This document shows positions 39,197 to 49,112 of a stretch of 64,000 nucleotides of DNA, piece by piece (the stretch's first letter is position 1; every line of letters begins with the position of its first letter). Position numbers and translations under genes: made by a program. The notes under the pieces were generated by a model. The model was not told the DNA's origin, made no database searches, and saw only the letters and a program-made list of their open reading frames with translations. Origin of the DNA: Candidatus Limnocylindria bacterium (GTDB lineage: Bacteria; Patescibacteriota; Saccharimonadia; Saccharimonadales; JAGQNK01); the NCBI GenBank assembly GCA_035489815.1, contig DATHJH010000004.1:2131-66130 (forward strand), read 5' to 3'.

Positions 39197-40195
39197 ATGA
39201 GCCAGCTAACAATCATATGCGTTGGTGATAACACAACCGACACATTCATCAAACTGGGAGACGAACAGGCCCATAGCTACGACAACGAGCATGGAAAGTG
39301 GCTGGCCGTGCCATTCGGCGCCAAGATTGAGTATGATCACGCAGAATTTGTCCCGGCAGCAGGCAATGCTCCTAACGCCGCCATCAGTTTTGCCCGATTG
39401 GGTTTTAAGGTTGGCCTGATTTCCAATGTGGGAAAAGACACTCACGGGCGGGACGTCATTGCAGCACTTGAAAAGGAAAAAGTAGACACGCGTTACGTGC
39501 ACATAAATCCCGGCAAGCGCAGCAACGCCAATTATGTACTGTGGTACAAAGAAGAACGAACAATTCTGATCAAGCACGAGGATTATGACTACCACTGGCC
39601 CCACCTGAGGCCTAAAGAAATCCCCAAATGGATTTACTTCAGCTCCACCAGCAAAAACGGCCTGGACATGCATGATGATCTGGCGGATTGGCTTGAGGAG
39701 CATAAGGACGTGGGATTTGCTTTTTCACCAGGTACGTTCCAGATAGACATGGGGCTTGAACGCTTGCGAAGGCTGTATGCACGGGCTGACGTGCTGCTGA
39801 TGAACCGGGAGGAAGCGACAGAGCTAACCCACGGCAATCATGATGATGTGCATGATCTTATGAACAAGCTCCATGAAGTTGGTGCCAAGATTGTCGTTAT
39901 CACCGACGGGCCAGCCGGGGCCTATGCCAGTGACACCAAAGAACGATTAAAAATGCCGCCCTACCCGGACCCAACACCGCCCGTCGAACGTACGGGTGCT
40001 GGCGATGCATTTTCATCGGCTTTTGTAGCTGCCATTATGCATGGCGGCAATATAGAGGCCGCTCTGCAATGGGCACCCATTAACTCTATGAGCGTCGTGC
40101 AGCAGACAGGGTCGCACGCCGGCTTACTCACCCAGGAAAAGATAGCCGAGTATTTGCAGCACGCTCCGGAATGGTACAAACCAGAACGCTTTTAG
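39197..40195 (+). CDS. PfkB-family (ribokinase-like) carbohydrate/nucleoside kinase, paralog 1
   Basis: N-terminal IICVGD, C-terminal TGAGDAFSSAF, and anion-hole and lid regions typical of PfkB. Confidence 0.8.
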   Translation: MSQLTIICVGDNTTDTFIKLGDEQAHSYDNEHGKWLAVPFGAKIEYDHAEFVPAAGNAPNAAISFARLGFKVGLISNVGKDTHGRDVIAALEKEKVDTRYVHINPGKRSNANYVLWYKEERTILIKHEDYDYHWPHLRPKEIPKWIYFSSTSKNGLDMHDDLADWLEEHKDVGFAFSPGTFQIDMGLERLRRLYARADVLLMNREEATELTHGNHDDVHDLMNKLHEVGAKIVVITDGPAGAYASDTKERLKMPPYPDPTPPVERTGAGDAFSSAFVAAIMHGGNIEAALQWAPINSMSVVQQTGSHAGLLTQEKIAEYLQHAPEWYKPERF

Positions 40196-40212
40196 CCACG
40201 AACCACTGGCAC

Positions 40213-40375
40213 CTGACCCACGTATATTTTAAAATCTACCCCCGTTCCTGTCATGCCGCACTTGAGGAGCTTGCCCCGCACTTGATGCGGGGGCATCCAG
40301 TCAGTCAAAGGAGTTAACTTTTTCCTTACTGGATTCCTGGGTCAGGCCGGGAATGATGAAGTGCATGTGGGTCAG
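40213..40375. mobile_element. Family E MITE-like element, copy 1
   Basis: Terminal IR ctgacccacgt / atgtgggtcag. Internal C-type hairpins are present. It aligns along its whole length with 52176-52342. Confidence 0.7.
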
Positions 40376-40529
40376 CTAGTTGGTGGGTAATGGTTTGTTC
40401 TGTTATGCTAGTGGTAATTATGCCAAAAATGCTGTCAGAACTGTTAGACACCACTGTTTTCAATTGCGTTCAATCAGCTAGAAGCATGGCGCGATGATTC
40501 ATAATACGCAAGATGGAGGGAAAACAACT

Positions 40530-41525
40530 ATGAACAAACCGCATATATTGTGCGTTGGCGACATCATCAGTGGCGCCTTTATCACATTGTTAGAAGAATA
40601 TGCTGCCGTGACTACCGACGACAAAGGGTACATGCGTTTGAGTTTTGAGCTTGGCGCAAAACTACCATACAAAGACTTGCAGGTAGTCAAGGCTGTTGAA
40701 TGTGCTCCGAATGCGGCAGTGTCAATGTCACGCCTAGGCCTCAGCGTCAGCCTGATGGCCTGGCTGGGCGACGATGAAATCGGGCAAGAAATGGCCAGCT
40801 ATCTAAAAGATCAAGGCGTAGGTACGGAAGACTTGGCAGTGGAAGCAGGCAAGCGGTCAAATTATCACTTTTACCTCAGGTACGGCGCTGACCGCACAAA
40901 ATTGCAAAAATTTGAAGATTATTCTTATAAGTGGCGTGAACCTTCAACCAAACCTGACTGGCTGTACCTGGGTGTTCTGGGCGAAAAGACCTGGCCGCTT
41001 CACGAGGCTATGTTGGCGTATCTTGAAGCCAACCCGGATATAAAATTGGCTTTCCAGCCCGGCATGTACCACCTCATGTGGGGCACCGAAAAGATGGCCG
41101 CCTTTTATAAAAGGGCAGCTATAGTCGTCCTAAACCGCGAGGAAGCCGCCCAGGTTACAGGTAAGGACCATAAAGACATGGCCGGCTTGATTCAAGGGCT
41201 CCATGAACTAGGCATCAAGGTTGCGGTCATAACCGACGGTCCCAAGGGCGCTTACGCATCCGACGGCCAGAAAACACTCTTTATGCCGATATATCCCGAT
41301 CCTAAGGCGCCGCATGACCGCACAGGCGCCGGCGATGCCTTCGCATCTACGCTGACTGCTGCTCTGGCGCTGGGAGAGTCACTGGAAACAGCTCTTATGT
41401 GGGCGCCGATTAATAGCATGAACGTCTCGCAGTACATAGGCGCACAAAAGGGGCTGCTGCCAAAAGAACAACTGGAAGAATACCTCAAAAACGCCCCTGC
41501 GCAGTACAAATCAGAACTCTTCTAA
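40530..41525 (+). CDS. PfkB-family (ribokinase-like) kinase, paralog 2
   Basis: ILCVGD and DRTGAGDAFASTL. Collinear similarity with 39197..40195. Start at MNKPH after ggaggg. Confidence 0.8.
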   Translation: MNKPHILCVGDIISGAFITLLEEYAAVTTDDKGYMRLSFELGAKLPYKDLQVVKAVECAPNAAVSMSRLGLSVSLMAWLGDDEIGQEMASYLKDQGVGTEDLAVEAGKRSNYHFYLRYGADRTKLQKFEDYSYKWREPSTKPDWLYLGVLGEKTWPLHEAMLAYLEANPDIKLAFQPGMYHLMWGTEKMAAFYKRAAIVVLNREEAAQVTGKDHKDMAGLIQGLHELGIKVAVITDGPKGAYASDGQKTLFMPIYPDPKAPHDRTGAGDAFASTLTAALALGESLETALMWAPINSMNVSQYIGAQKGLLPKEQLEEYLKNAPAQYKSELF

Positions 41526-41529
41526 CGAC

Positions 41530-41704
41530 AAACTCTAAATCCTAATATCGAAACTCTAAACAAATCCAAATGACCGAAATTCCAAATACTCAAAACAACT
41601 GACTTTGGAAGCTGGTTCTGTATTTTGAACATTTGAATTTGGATATTGTTTAGGATCCCCGATCAGAGTCGAGGACAAGCTTAGAAATTAGGGATTAGAA
41701 TTTT
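41530..41704. repeat. Family B AT-rich long hairpin element, copy 2 (with a nested C-type unit)
   Basis: Arms ctctaaacaaatccaaatgaccgaaattcc and ggatattgtttagga pair. Positions 41646-41685 are identical to 26306-26345. Confidence 0.75.
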
Positions 41705-41726
41705 CAAGAACCCTGTTCTTGATGGT

Positions 41727-43013
41727 ATGCTTATGGTAAGTATGTGCAAAGTATTAGCAGACCTTCTGGGCATAGATGACCCCTTGTTTTCCATAGGGGT
41801 GCATCAGCTGGAGCAAGCCAGCGGCCAGCCGGGCATAGACGTTCGGCTGTATTCGGAAATTATCCGCCGGTCCCACCAAAAAACCCGCGAACTGGGGCTT
41901 GATCCCCGGGATACTACAGCTGAAGAGCTCTACCATGCATTGATTGGGTTGGTCAAAAAGCATGATGAGTTTTTAGCCAAAAGGTTAGGCGGCCAGGACG
42001 CTGGCGATGTCCATGATTTGTTGCCGCGTATTCAATCGTTTATATCCCACCTTGATACCCCTAAGCAGGTGTGGGTGCTAAAACCCAGTACTGCCAAACG
42101 GATTATTAAAGCTACCCCGCCGCGTAAGATCATGAAGCAGCTCGGCTACCGGTCGGTTGACTCTATGCTGAAGCGGGAGCCTGTAGGGGAACTATTCGTA
42201 GCCATGCGCTTTGTGGAATCACCCGAGTGGCTGCGCAGCTTTGCCAAAAAATATAAACATCTTTCCCCGCGTGATTTTGAAACGCGCGATGTGGAATTTC
42301 TATATTTGGACGCTAAAAAGTGGGGCGTCACAGCCGAAAGCTATGTGCGGGGGCAGCACCACAACGTCACCCACATGAAAGAGATGGGCGTTATAGCCCT
42401 CCTGCCGCTGCCGGTCGGGCGGCTGCCCGGCATTACCATTACTCTGCTGCCGCTCCTGTTGTATTACCTTAATGAAATTCGTATGTACAGCGCATTCTTC
42501 AAGCTTCAGCAAGTCAGGCCGGACTTTGGTGAAACACTTGCCCGGACGCTGGCTTACGATCCGCATAACCACGTAAAGGTTGCCGGGCATGAGGTGCACT
42601 GGCGTACTGTGCATCGTCATCTTGGCAAACAGGAAACAGAAAACCGCGCAAATCATCCGGAGACCTTTGAGCCGCATGTCCAGCCAGAGGACCTCTTTTG
42701 GCGGGGAGCCGAGGATGTGCTGTACCGTATCGAGCCAGCTCTGCACTTTTGGCACAACATGGACTACGTGGCAGCAAAGCAGGGTGGCATAGTTAGCTTC
42801 AACCTTATGGACGCAGCTATATGCTATGTGAACAACCTCTCCTATGCCCAGCGGACAATCCATCATTTTCAGGCAGGGCTGTGGAACGAGCTCTTTGCCC
42901 GCTATATTGGTGAACCAGCTCTGGAGTACCAGGTCTTGCAACAACTGACACCCCAATCAAATCCTGTGTCCATGCCAGACAGCAACAGTATCCTGGAGGA
43001 GCTATTCATATGA
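41727..43013 (+). CDS. Hypothetical protein (about 423-428 aa), no recognisable domain
   Basis: Long ORF. The true start is possibly ATG 41742, because TATGCT 41726-41731 overlaps ATG 41727. ATGA-coupled to the next gene. Confidence 0.55.
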   Translation: MLMVSMCKVLADLLGIDDPLFSIGVHQLEQASGQPGIDVRLYSEIIRRSHQKTRELGLDPRDTTAEELYHALIGLVKKHDEFLAKRLGGQDAGDVHDLLPRIQSFISHLDTPKQVWVLKPSTAKRIIKATPPRKIMKQLGYRSVDSMLKREPVGELFVAMRFVESPEWLRSFAKKYKHLSPRDFETRDVEFLYLDAKKWGVTAESYVRGQHHNVTHMKEMGVIALLPLPVGRLPGITITLLPLLLYYLNEIRMYSAFFKLQQVRPDFGETLARTLAYDPHNHVKVAGHEVHWRTVHRHLGKQETENRANHPETFEPHVQPEDLFWRGAEDVLYRIEPALHFWHNMDYVAAKQGGIVSFNLMDAAICYVNNLSYAQRTIHHFQAGLWNELFARYIGEPALEYQVLQQLTPQSNPVSMPDSNSILEELFI

Positions 43014-43651
43014 GCCCAAAAACAAAACAAAGACCCCTGCAGTATTCTATTTGCGTTTCCGGCGCAGCGTCCGGCCCCACCATCAAATCATCATGGGATG
43101 AGGCAGAGGCATTAGGCAAGGCTATTGCCGAAGCCGGCCACGTCTTAACCACCGGCGCCACCGTGGGACTGCCATACTACGCTGCCAAGGGCGCTAAAGA
43201 GGCCGGAGGCATGAGCATCGGCTTTTCGCCCGCCAGTTCCCTGCGCGAACACCTGCGCAAATACCGGCTGCCGTATGACTACTTTGACTTCATTAATTTT
43301 ACGGGGCTTAACTACGTGGGCCGGGACCTGTATTTGGTCCAGTCAAGCGACGCCGTGCTGACCGTAGGCGGACGCATCGGATCACTGCATGAATTCACCT
43401 CCGCTCTTGAATCACGCCGACCCTGCGGTGTACTTATTGGCAGCGGCGGCACTGCCGACATGGTGGCTGCACTCGTCAACCTCCTTGACCCCACCCTCAG
43501 CGATCTTATTATCTACGACGAGGACCCGCTTAAACTCGTAGCCCGCATCGTCAAAGTCCTGGACAAAGAAAACAAGGACCTCCAGAAAGAAATAGACAAA
43601 CGAACAAACTCATGGTTCCTGCGTCAACCAGAACCACCCCGGAGCGGCTGA
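43010..43651 (+). CDS. LOG/SLOG-superfamily Rossmann-fold protein (TIGR00725-like, lysine-decarboxylase-like family)
   Basis: ICVSGAASG..., TTGATVGLPYYAAKGAKEAGG.SIGFSP and VLTVGGRIGSLHEFTSAL...GVLIGSGGTAD match the LOG-like nucleotide-binding pattern. Confidence 0.65.
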   Translation: MSPKTKQRPLQYSICVSGAASGPTIKSSWDEAEALGKAIAEAGHVLTTGATVGLPYYAAKGAKEAGGMSIGFSPASSLREHLRKYRLPYDYFDFINFTGLNYVGRDLYLVQSSDAVLTVGGRIGSLHEFTSALESRRPCGVLIGSGGTADMVAALVNLLDPTLSDLIIYDEDPLKLVARIVKVLDKENKDLQKEIDKRTNSWFLRQPEPPRSG

Positions 43652-43899
43652 TGCGAAAGTTCCTGAAACGAAAAGCCCGCCCAATGCCACCGAATCTATT
43701 GCTTGGATTGGTCTTTATAGTCCTGTTTGGCCTGGTCAGCTGGCTGGCTTACAGGCAGTTTACGAAGCCTGTAAAGGTCACTGATTTCGCCTCATGCGTA
43801 AAAGCTGGCAACGCAATCCTGGAATCCTACCCGGAGCAATGCGTCCACAATGGCCAGAGTTTTATAAACCCCACGCAAAACATACCAAAACCGTACTAA
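43651..43899 (+). CDS. Small single-pass membrane protein with a two-Cys ectodomain (82 aa)
   Basis: MRKFLKRKARP followed by a TM helix, then CVKAGNAILESYPEQCVHNG. The start overlaps the upstream stop (TGATG). Confidence 0.45.
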   Translation: MRKFLKRKARPMPPNLLLGLVFIVLFGLVSWLAYRQFTKPVKVTDFASCVKAGNAILESYPEQCVHNGQSFINPTQNIPKPY

Positions 43900-43973
43900 A
43901 AGGAGAGATACATAAAACTCAGTGCTAGAGGGATTACGGCAAAGCAGTTCCGTATCCGTAGTACAATTACTAG

Positions 43974-45938
43974 ATGACAAAGTTCCGTTTAGCTTCCGAC
44001 TACAAACCTATGGGCGACCAGCCCGCGGCTATTGCTCAGTTGACTGACGGGCTGCATAAAGGGGTCAAGGAACAAACCCTCCTCGGAGTAACAGGATCAG
44101 GGAAAACCTTTTCAATGGCCAACGTCATTCAGAATATACAAAAGCCTACATTGGTCCTGAGCCATAACAAAACCCTGGCCGCGCAGTTGTACGGCGAATT
44201 CAAGAAGTTTTTCCCGGATAACGCCGTCCACTATTTTGTCAGCTATTTCGACTACTACCAGCCAGAGGCTTACATTGCCCGCAGCGACACCTACATAGAA
44301 AAAGACTCCCAGATCAATGAAGAGATCGACCGGCTGCGCCACGCCGCCACCAGTGCGCTGCTGTCCCGCCGGGACGTCATCATCGTGGCCAGTGTCAGTT
44401 GTATCTACGGTATCGGTTCGGTAGACGACTACGGCGCAATGGCAGTAGACGTCAACCGCGGCGAGCGCCGGGTGCGCGACAAGTTCCTCCGCCAACTGAC
44501 AGACATCCAATACCAGCGCAACGATATAGACTTTCACCGCGGCACCTTCCGGGTCCGCGGAGATGTGGTAGACATTTTTCCCGCCGGGGAGGAACTGGCT
44601 TATCGGGTAGATTTCTTTGGCGATGAAATTGAGCGCATCACCAAGGTAGACCCCCTCACCGGCGAAATCCTGGCTACTCTGGAAAGTTTCAAAGTTTTCC
44701 CCGGGTCGCACTACGTTACCCCCCAGGACAAGCTCAAATTAGCCCTGGGCAAAATAGAGCAGGAACTGGAACAGCGCCTGCACTATTTTAAACAAAACAA
44801 CTTGCTGGTAGAAGCCCAGCGCTTAAAACAACGTACCCAGTTTGACCTGGAAATGCTGCAGGAAACCGGCTTTGTAAAAGGCATTGAAAACTACAGCCGC
44901 TACCTCACCAACCGCGAACCGGGCGAGCAGCCGGCAACACTTATGGACTATTTTCCGGACGATTTTTTAATGTTTGCTGACGAATCGCACATGACCATCC
45001 CGCAGGTCCGCGGCATGTATAACGGTGACCGGGCCCGCAAGGAAGTGTTGGTAGAACATGGCTTCCGGCTGCCCAGCGCCCTTGACAACCGGCCTTTGAC
45101 CTTTACCGAATTTGAAAAGCACGTCAACAAAATTGTCTATGTCAGCGCCACACCCGCTCAGTACGAACTGTCCCGCAGCCCGGAACCCGCCCAACAAGTT
45201 ATTCGACCAACCGGGTTGCTGGACCCGCCCATAGAAGTCCGACCTATCGAGGGCCAGATAGACGACCTCATCAGCGAAATCCGGGCCACCATAGACAAAC
45301 GCCAGCGTGTGCTGGTCACCACGCTGACCAAACGCATGTCAGAGGACCTGACCGATTACCTCAAGGAAATTAATATTAAAGTAACCTACCTGCACAGTGA
45401 CGTGGACACATTGGACAGAACAGACATCCTCCGGGATCTGCGGTTGGGAACGTATGACGTTGTGGTAGGTATCAACCTGCTGCGTGAAGGCCTGGATTTG
45501 CCAGAGGTGTCGCTTGTCGCAATCCTGGATGCCGACAAAGAAGGCTTCCTCCGCAGTGAACAAGCGCTCATTCAAACTGTCGGCCGCGCAGCGCGGCACA
45601 TCGAAGGCCGTGTTATCATGTACGCCGACCGTGTCACAGGCAGCATGCAGCGCACCCTGGACGAAACCACCCGCCGCCGAAAAATCCAGGAACAATACAA
45701 CCAAAAACATGGCATTACGCCAACAGGCATCGCCAAAGCAATCGAAAAAGGCATGCGCCCCGACCTGCCAGAGGAAGCCAAGCGTGCCAAACTGGACCTC
45801 AAAAAAATCCCCAAAGATGAATACAAGCACCTCATCAAAGACCTCTCGGCCCAAATGGATCTGGCCTCCGCCAACCTGGAATTTGAAAAAGCCGCCGAAC
45901 TCCGTGATATTATTTCAGATATAAAAGCAAAACAGTAG
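43974..45938 (+). CDS. uvrB: Excinuclease ABC subunit B
   Basis: [20 protein letters not shown], helicase motifs and the C-terminal UVR domain ([11 protein letters not shown]). Confidence 0.95.
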   Translation: MTKFRLASDYKPMGDQPAAIAQLTDGLHKGVKEQTLLGVTGSGKTFSMANVIQNIQKPTLVLSHNKTLAAQLYGEFKKFFPDNAVHYFVSYFDYYQPEAYIARSDTYIEKDSQINEEIDRLRHAATSALLSRRDVIIVASVSCIYGIGSVDDYGAMAVDVNRGERRVRDKFLRQLTDIQYQRNDIDFHRGTFRVRGDVVDIFPAGEELAYRVDFFGDEIERITKVDPLTGEILATLESFKVFPGSHYVTPQDKLKLALGKIEQELEQRLHYFKQNNLLVEAQRLKQRTQFDLEMLQETGFVKGIENYSRYLTNREPGEQPATLMDYFPDDFLMFADESHMTIPQVRGMYNGDRARKEVLVEHGFRLPSALDNRPLTFTEFEKHVNKIVYVSATPAQYELSRSPEPAQQVIRPTGLLDPPIEVRPIEGQIDDLISEIRATIDKRQRVLVTTLTKRMSEDLTDYLKEINIKVTYLHSDVDTLDRTDILRDLRLGTYDVVVGINLLREGLDLPEVSLVAILDADKEGFLRSEQALIQTVGRAARHIEGRVIMYADRVTGSMQRTLDETTRRRKIQEQYNQKHGITPTGIAKAIEKGMRPDLPEEAKRAKLDLKKIPKDEYKHLIKDLSAQMDLASANLEFEKAAELRDIISDIKAKQ

Positions 45939-46091
45939 GAACTAAGGGGACTCCGCGGCCAACAGGCCCAAAGTCCATCCATCCTCTTAAATCCCATCCA
46001 AATGCGTATACTTATCTTAAATTCTTGATCAATTTTGCATAACCAAGAATAGTTACTTTTTTAAGGGGCTCTGCTAGAATAATCAATCACT

Positions 46092-46700
46092 ATGAGCTTG
46101 GACCCGCAAACTCCGGAAGTTTCAGATCACCTGGTCGTTGGCCACGAAGTTCCAACACTGGCGGGTCTACGGACCGAGCTGGCTGATCAAGCCACGGAAC
46201 TAGGCCTGACAGTCACCCAACCTGACCAACCACCACTCGCGCAACAGCTACCGTGGTCCCTTTTGCAAACCGCCGGGCTCATCATAGGCGTCATCCCGAA
46301 CGAACCAAAAATGACTGAGCGCCTGGAGACTGCCGTAGAGAAGTTTAGAAGCCAGGATAAGGCTGTTGCAGAAGGCGAAGATTTGAAGCTTACCGGCTTG
46401 ACAGTAGGCACCCATGCAGTCCTCGCCACGCTCGCCAGCCCCGGCAGAGAGGGACAGAGAGCTGTGCCGCTTCAGCGCGAACACCAGGCACTCCGCAGAC
46501 TTGTAAAGCTTCATGCCCAACCTGGTACCTTGACCCGAAGCGTACCTCTTATATCTTATGAAACTGGCGACACCAGCAGCCTCCAGGCTCGTATTGAGGT
46601 GCTGAACAAAGCCAACTCAGGCGACTCCATACCTACCTATAAGCTAGGCGATCTTGTCGTAACAAGAACAGCTTTTAATGATCCTCATATCAAGTTGTGA
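46092..46700 (+). CDS. Hypothetical protein (202 aa)
   Basis: ORF with no recognised motif. Confidence 0.45.
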   Translation: MSLDPQTPEVSDHLVVGHEVPTLAGLRTELADQATELGLTVTQPDQPPLAQQLPWSLLQTAGLIIGVIPNEPKMTERLETAVEKFRSQDKAVAEGEDLKLTGLTVGTHAVLATLASPGREGQRAVPLQREHQALRRLVKLHAQPGTLTRSVPLISYETGDTSSLQARIEVLNKANSGDSIPTYKLGDLVVTRTAFNDPHIKL

Positions 46701-46782
46701 TTTATTTCACAGCGCAAATTCCTTGTGTGTGCTAGTGGACAACATTCGCCAGAGGTTCCGTGCTCTGGTATACTGAACTGAA

Positions 46783-47076
46783 ATGGCGAAGTTATCACGA
46801 GATGATGTTTTAAAGCTTGCCCGCTTAGCCAGGCTGCGCTTGTCTGATGAGGAAATTGAGCAGTTTCGGCAAGAGATCAGTGCCATTTTGGGCTATGTTG
46901 ACCAATTGCAAAATGTAGACGTTTCAGGACTTGAGCCGACCAATCAGGTGTCGGGGCTCAAAAACGTGATGCGTCCGGATAATGAAAAAAGCTACGGCTA
47001 CACACCTCAGCAGCTCCTGCAGGGCGCCCCCGCCAAAGAAAACGGCCACATCAAGGTCAAGAGGATGCTGGGATGA
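46783..47076 (+). CDS. gatC: Asp/Glu-tRNA(Asn/Gln) amidotransferase subunit C
   Basis: LSRDDVLKLARLARLRLSDEEIEQF...ILGYVDQL matches the GatC pattern. Confidence 0.9.
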   Translation: MAKLSRDDVLKLARLARLRLSDEEIEQFRQEISAILGYVDQLQNVDVSGLEPTNQVSGLKNVMRPDNEKSYGYTPQQLLQGAPAKENGHIKVKRMLG

Positions 47077-47137
47077 TAAGAGCAAGAACCCATCCCTTGC
47101 CAGTTGTCCCTTGCTACCACCCCCAAGGTATTGCCCT

Positions 47138-48562
47138 ATGAGCAAGTGGCCTCCCATAGTTCAGATTGCACAAAAAGTCCAAGCCGGCGAGTTAAGCGCG
47201 GCGGCCCTGGTTGCGCAAGCGCTTCAGGCCATTGACGACAAAAAAGATTTCAATGCCGTTCTAGCCACAGTGCATGACCGGGCCCGCGAGCGGGCCAAAA
47301 CCATTGATGCACGGGTTGCCAAAGGCGAAAAGGCGGGACGCCTGGCTGGCGTTCCGTTTATTGCCAAAGACAATTTTTTAACTTTTGGATCAGAAACCAC
47401 TGCCGCCAGCAACATCCTGAAAGGCTTTGAGGCACCGTACCAGGCAACCGCTATAGAGAAACTGGAAGCCGAAGGAGCTATTTGCGTGGCCAAGGCCAAT
47501 CTGGACGCCTTTGCTCATGGCACCAGTACCGAAAACAGCGACTTTATGGTTACCAGGAACCCGCATGATTCTACTAGAGTACCCGGAGGTTCTTCCGGCG
47601 GTTCGGCGGCGGCGGTTATCTTAGAGCTTGCGCCTTTTGCCCTTGGGACAGATACCGGTGGATCTATTCGCCAGCCCGCAAGTTTCTGTGGCGCGGTGGG
47701 GCTTAAACCAACCTACGGGTTGGTGTCCCGGAGCGGGGTCGTGGCTATGGCCAGCAGTACTGACGTCATCGGCCCTCTAGCCCGGACCGTAGAGGACGCC
47801 GCGTTGGTACTGGACGTCATGGCCGGCAAGGATGAACTTGACAGCACGACTATTGATCGTGACCCAACTCCGTATACGGACCTTAAAACTGACATAAAGG
47901 GCCAGAAGATCGGCTTGGTCAAAGAGTATTTGGGTGAAGGTCTGGACCCTGATGTCAAAAAACAAGTACTGGACAGTGCTGATGCTTTTAAAAAGGCCGG
48001 TGCAGAAGTCGTAGAAGTAAGTCTGCCGTCACTACCGCTGGCCTTGGCTTGCTACTACATACTGGTCCCGGCAGAGGTCAGCAGCAACCTCAGCCGCTAT
48101 GATGGCCAGCGCTATGGCTTTTCGCATCCGGGTGCCGTAAGCCTAGAGGACAGCTATAATCTGTCACGCAGCCACGGCTTTGGCAAGGAAGCCAAGCGGC
48201 GGATTATGATTGGCACCTATGTCCTGAGCAGCGGCTATTATGACGCCTACTACCGCAAGGCCCAGCAGTTGCGGACCAAGCTCATCCAGGAATTTGAAGC
48301 AGCATTTAAAAAGGTGGATTTTTTAGCTGGACCGGTGGCCCCCACCACTGCCTTTAAGATTGGTGAAAACATAAACGATCCATTGGCTATGTACCTCCAG
48401 GATATCTACTCTGTAGCTGTCAACCTTGTAGGGATTCCCGCAGTCAGCATCCCGGCAGGTATGGTAAAAAGTATGCCGGTGGGATTGCAACTCATGGCAC
48501 CGCAGAAACACGACCGCAAACTACTGGCAATCGCCCGGGAAACGGAGGAACTGTTGAAATGA
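47138..48562 (+). CDS. gatA: Asp/Glu-tRNA(Asn/Gln) amidotransferase subunit A
   Basis: Amidase signature GGSSGGSAAAV and GTDTGGSIRQPA. Start at MSKWPP (47138); the ORF track is extended to 46982. Confidence 0.9.
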   Translation: MSKWPPIVQIAQKVQAGELSAAALVAQALQAIDDKKDFNAVLATVHDRARERAKTIDARVAKGEKAGRLAGVPFIAKDNFLTFGSETTAASNILKGFEAPYQATAIEKLEAEGAICVAKANLDAFAHGTSTENSDFMVTRNPHDSTRVPGGSSGGSAAAVILELAPFALGTDTGGSIRQPASFCGAVGLKPTYGLVSRSGVVAMASSTDVIGPLARTVEDAALVLDVMAGKDELDSTTIDRDPTPYTDLKTDIKGQKIGLVKEYLGEGLDPDVKKQVLDSADAFKKAGAEVVEVSLPSLPLALACYYILVPAEVSSNLSRYDGQRYGFSHPGAVSLEDSYNLSRSHGFGKEAKRRIMIGTYVLSSGYYDAYYRKAQQLRTKLIQEFEAAFKKVDFLAGPVAPTTAFKIGENINDPLAMYLQDIYSVAVNLVGIPAVSIPAGMVKSMPVGLQLMAPQKHDRKLLAIARETEELLK

Positions 48563-48972
48563 ATGTAGAAACCTTTGCACTGGTTATAGCAGGGATTCTG
48601 GTGGCATTGTTTAGTCTATTGGTAGTGGCACTGCGCATACCAAAACGCCTGAAGGAAACCTATTTTGTGTCTCAGTGGAAAGAACTGCAAAGCCTGTGCA
48701 AGGACAAAAAGTCCTGGCCCCAGGCGCTCAAAGAAGCCGACAAACTGTTGGACCGGGCGCTCAAAAAGCGCAAATTCAAAGGCAAAACCATGGGTGAGCG
48801 TATGGTTTCTGCCCAGCGGTCTTTCACTGACAATGACACAGCATGGTTTGCACACAACATTTATAAAAAGATCGTAGCCGACCCAAGTTTCAAACTCAAA
48901 GAAGCAGACGTAAAAGACGCTCTGATAGGTTTTCGCCAGGCGCTGAGGGACCTAGGAGCCCTCCCCAAATGA
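48559..48972 (+). CDS. Membrane-anchored hypothetical protein inserted between gatA and gatB
   Basis: N-terminal TM helix and a basic helical C-terminal part. ATGA-coupled to gatA. Confidence 0.5.
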   Translation: MNVETFALVIAGILVALFSLLVVALRIPKRLKETYFVSQWKELQSLCKDKKSWPQALKEADKLLDRALKKRKFKGKTMGERMVSAQRSFTDNDTAWFAHNIYKKIVADPSFKLKEADVKDALIGFRQALRDLGALPK

Positions 48973-48982
48973 CAAGTCCTAC

Positions 48983-49112
48983 TATCGAATGCCGAAACTC
49001 TAAACAATATCAAAGGCTCAAAGGCTCGAAACCCAAAACAACTACAAACGACGGCCTTTTTTGGGTTTTGGTCATTCAAATTTTGAATTTGTTTAGGATT
49101 TCGGCATTAGGA
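48983..49112. repeat. Family B AT-rich long hairpin element, copy 3
   Basis: Arms tcgaatgccgaaactctaaacaatatcaaa and ttgaatttgtttaggatttcggcattagga pair. Central stem aaacccaaaa/ttttgggttt. Confidence 0.7.
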
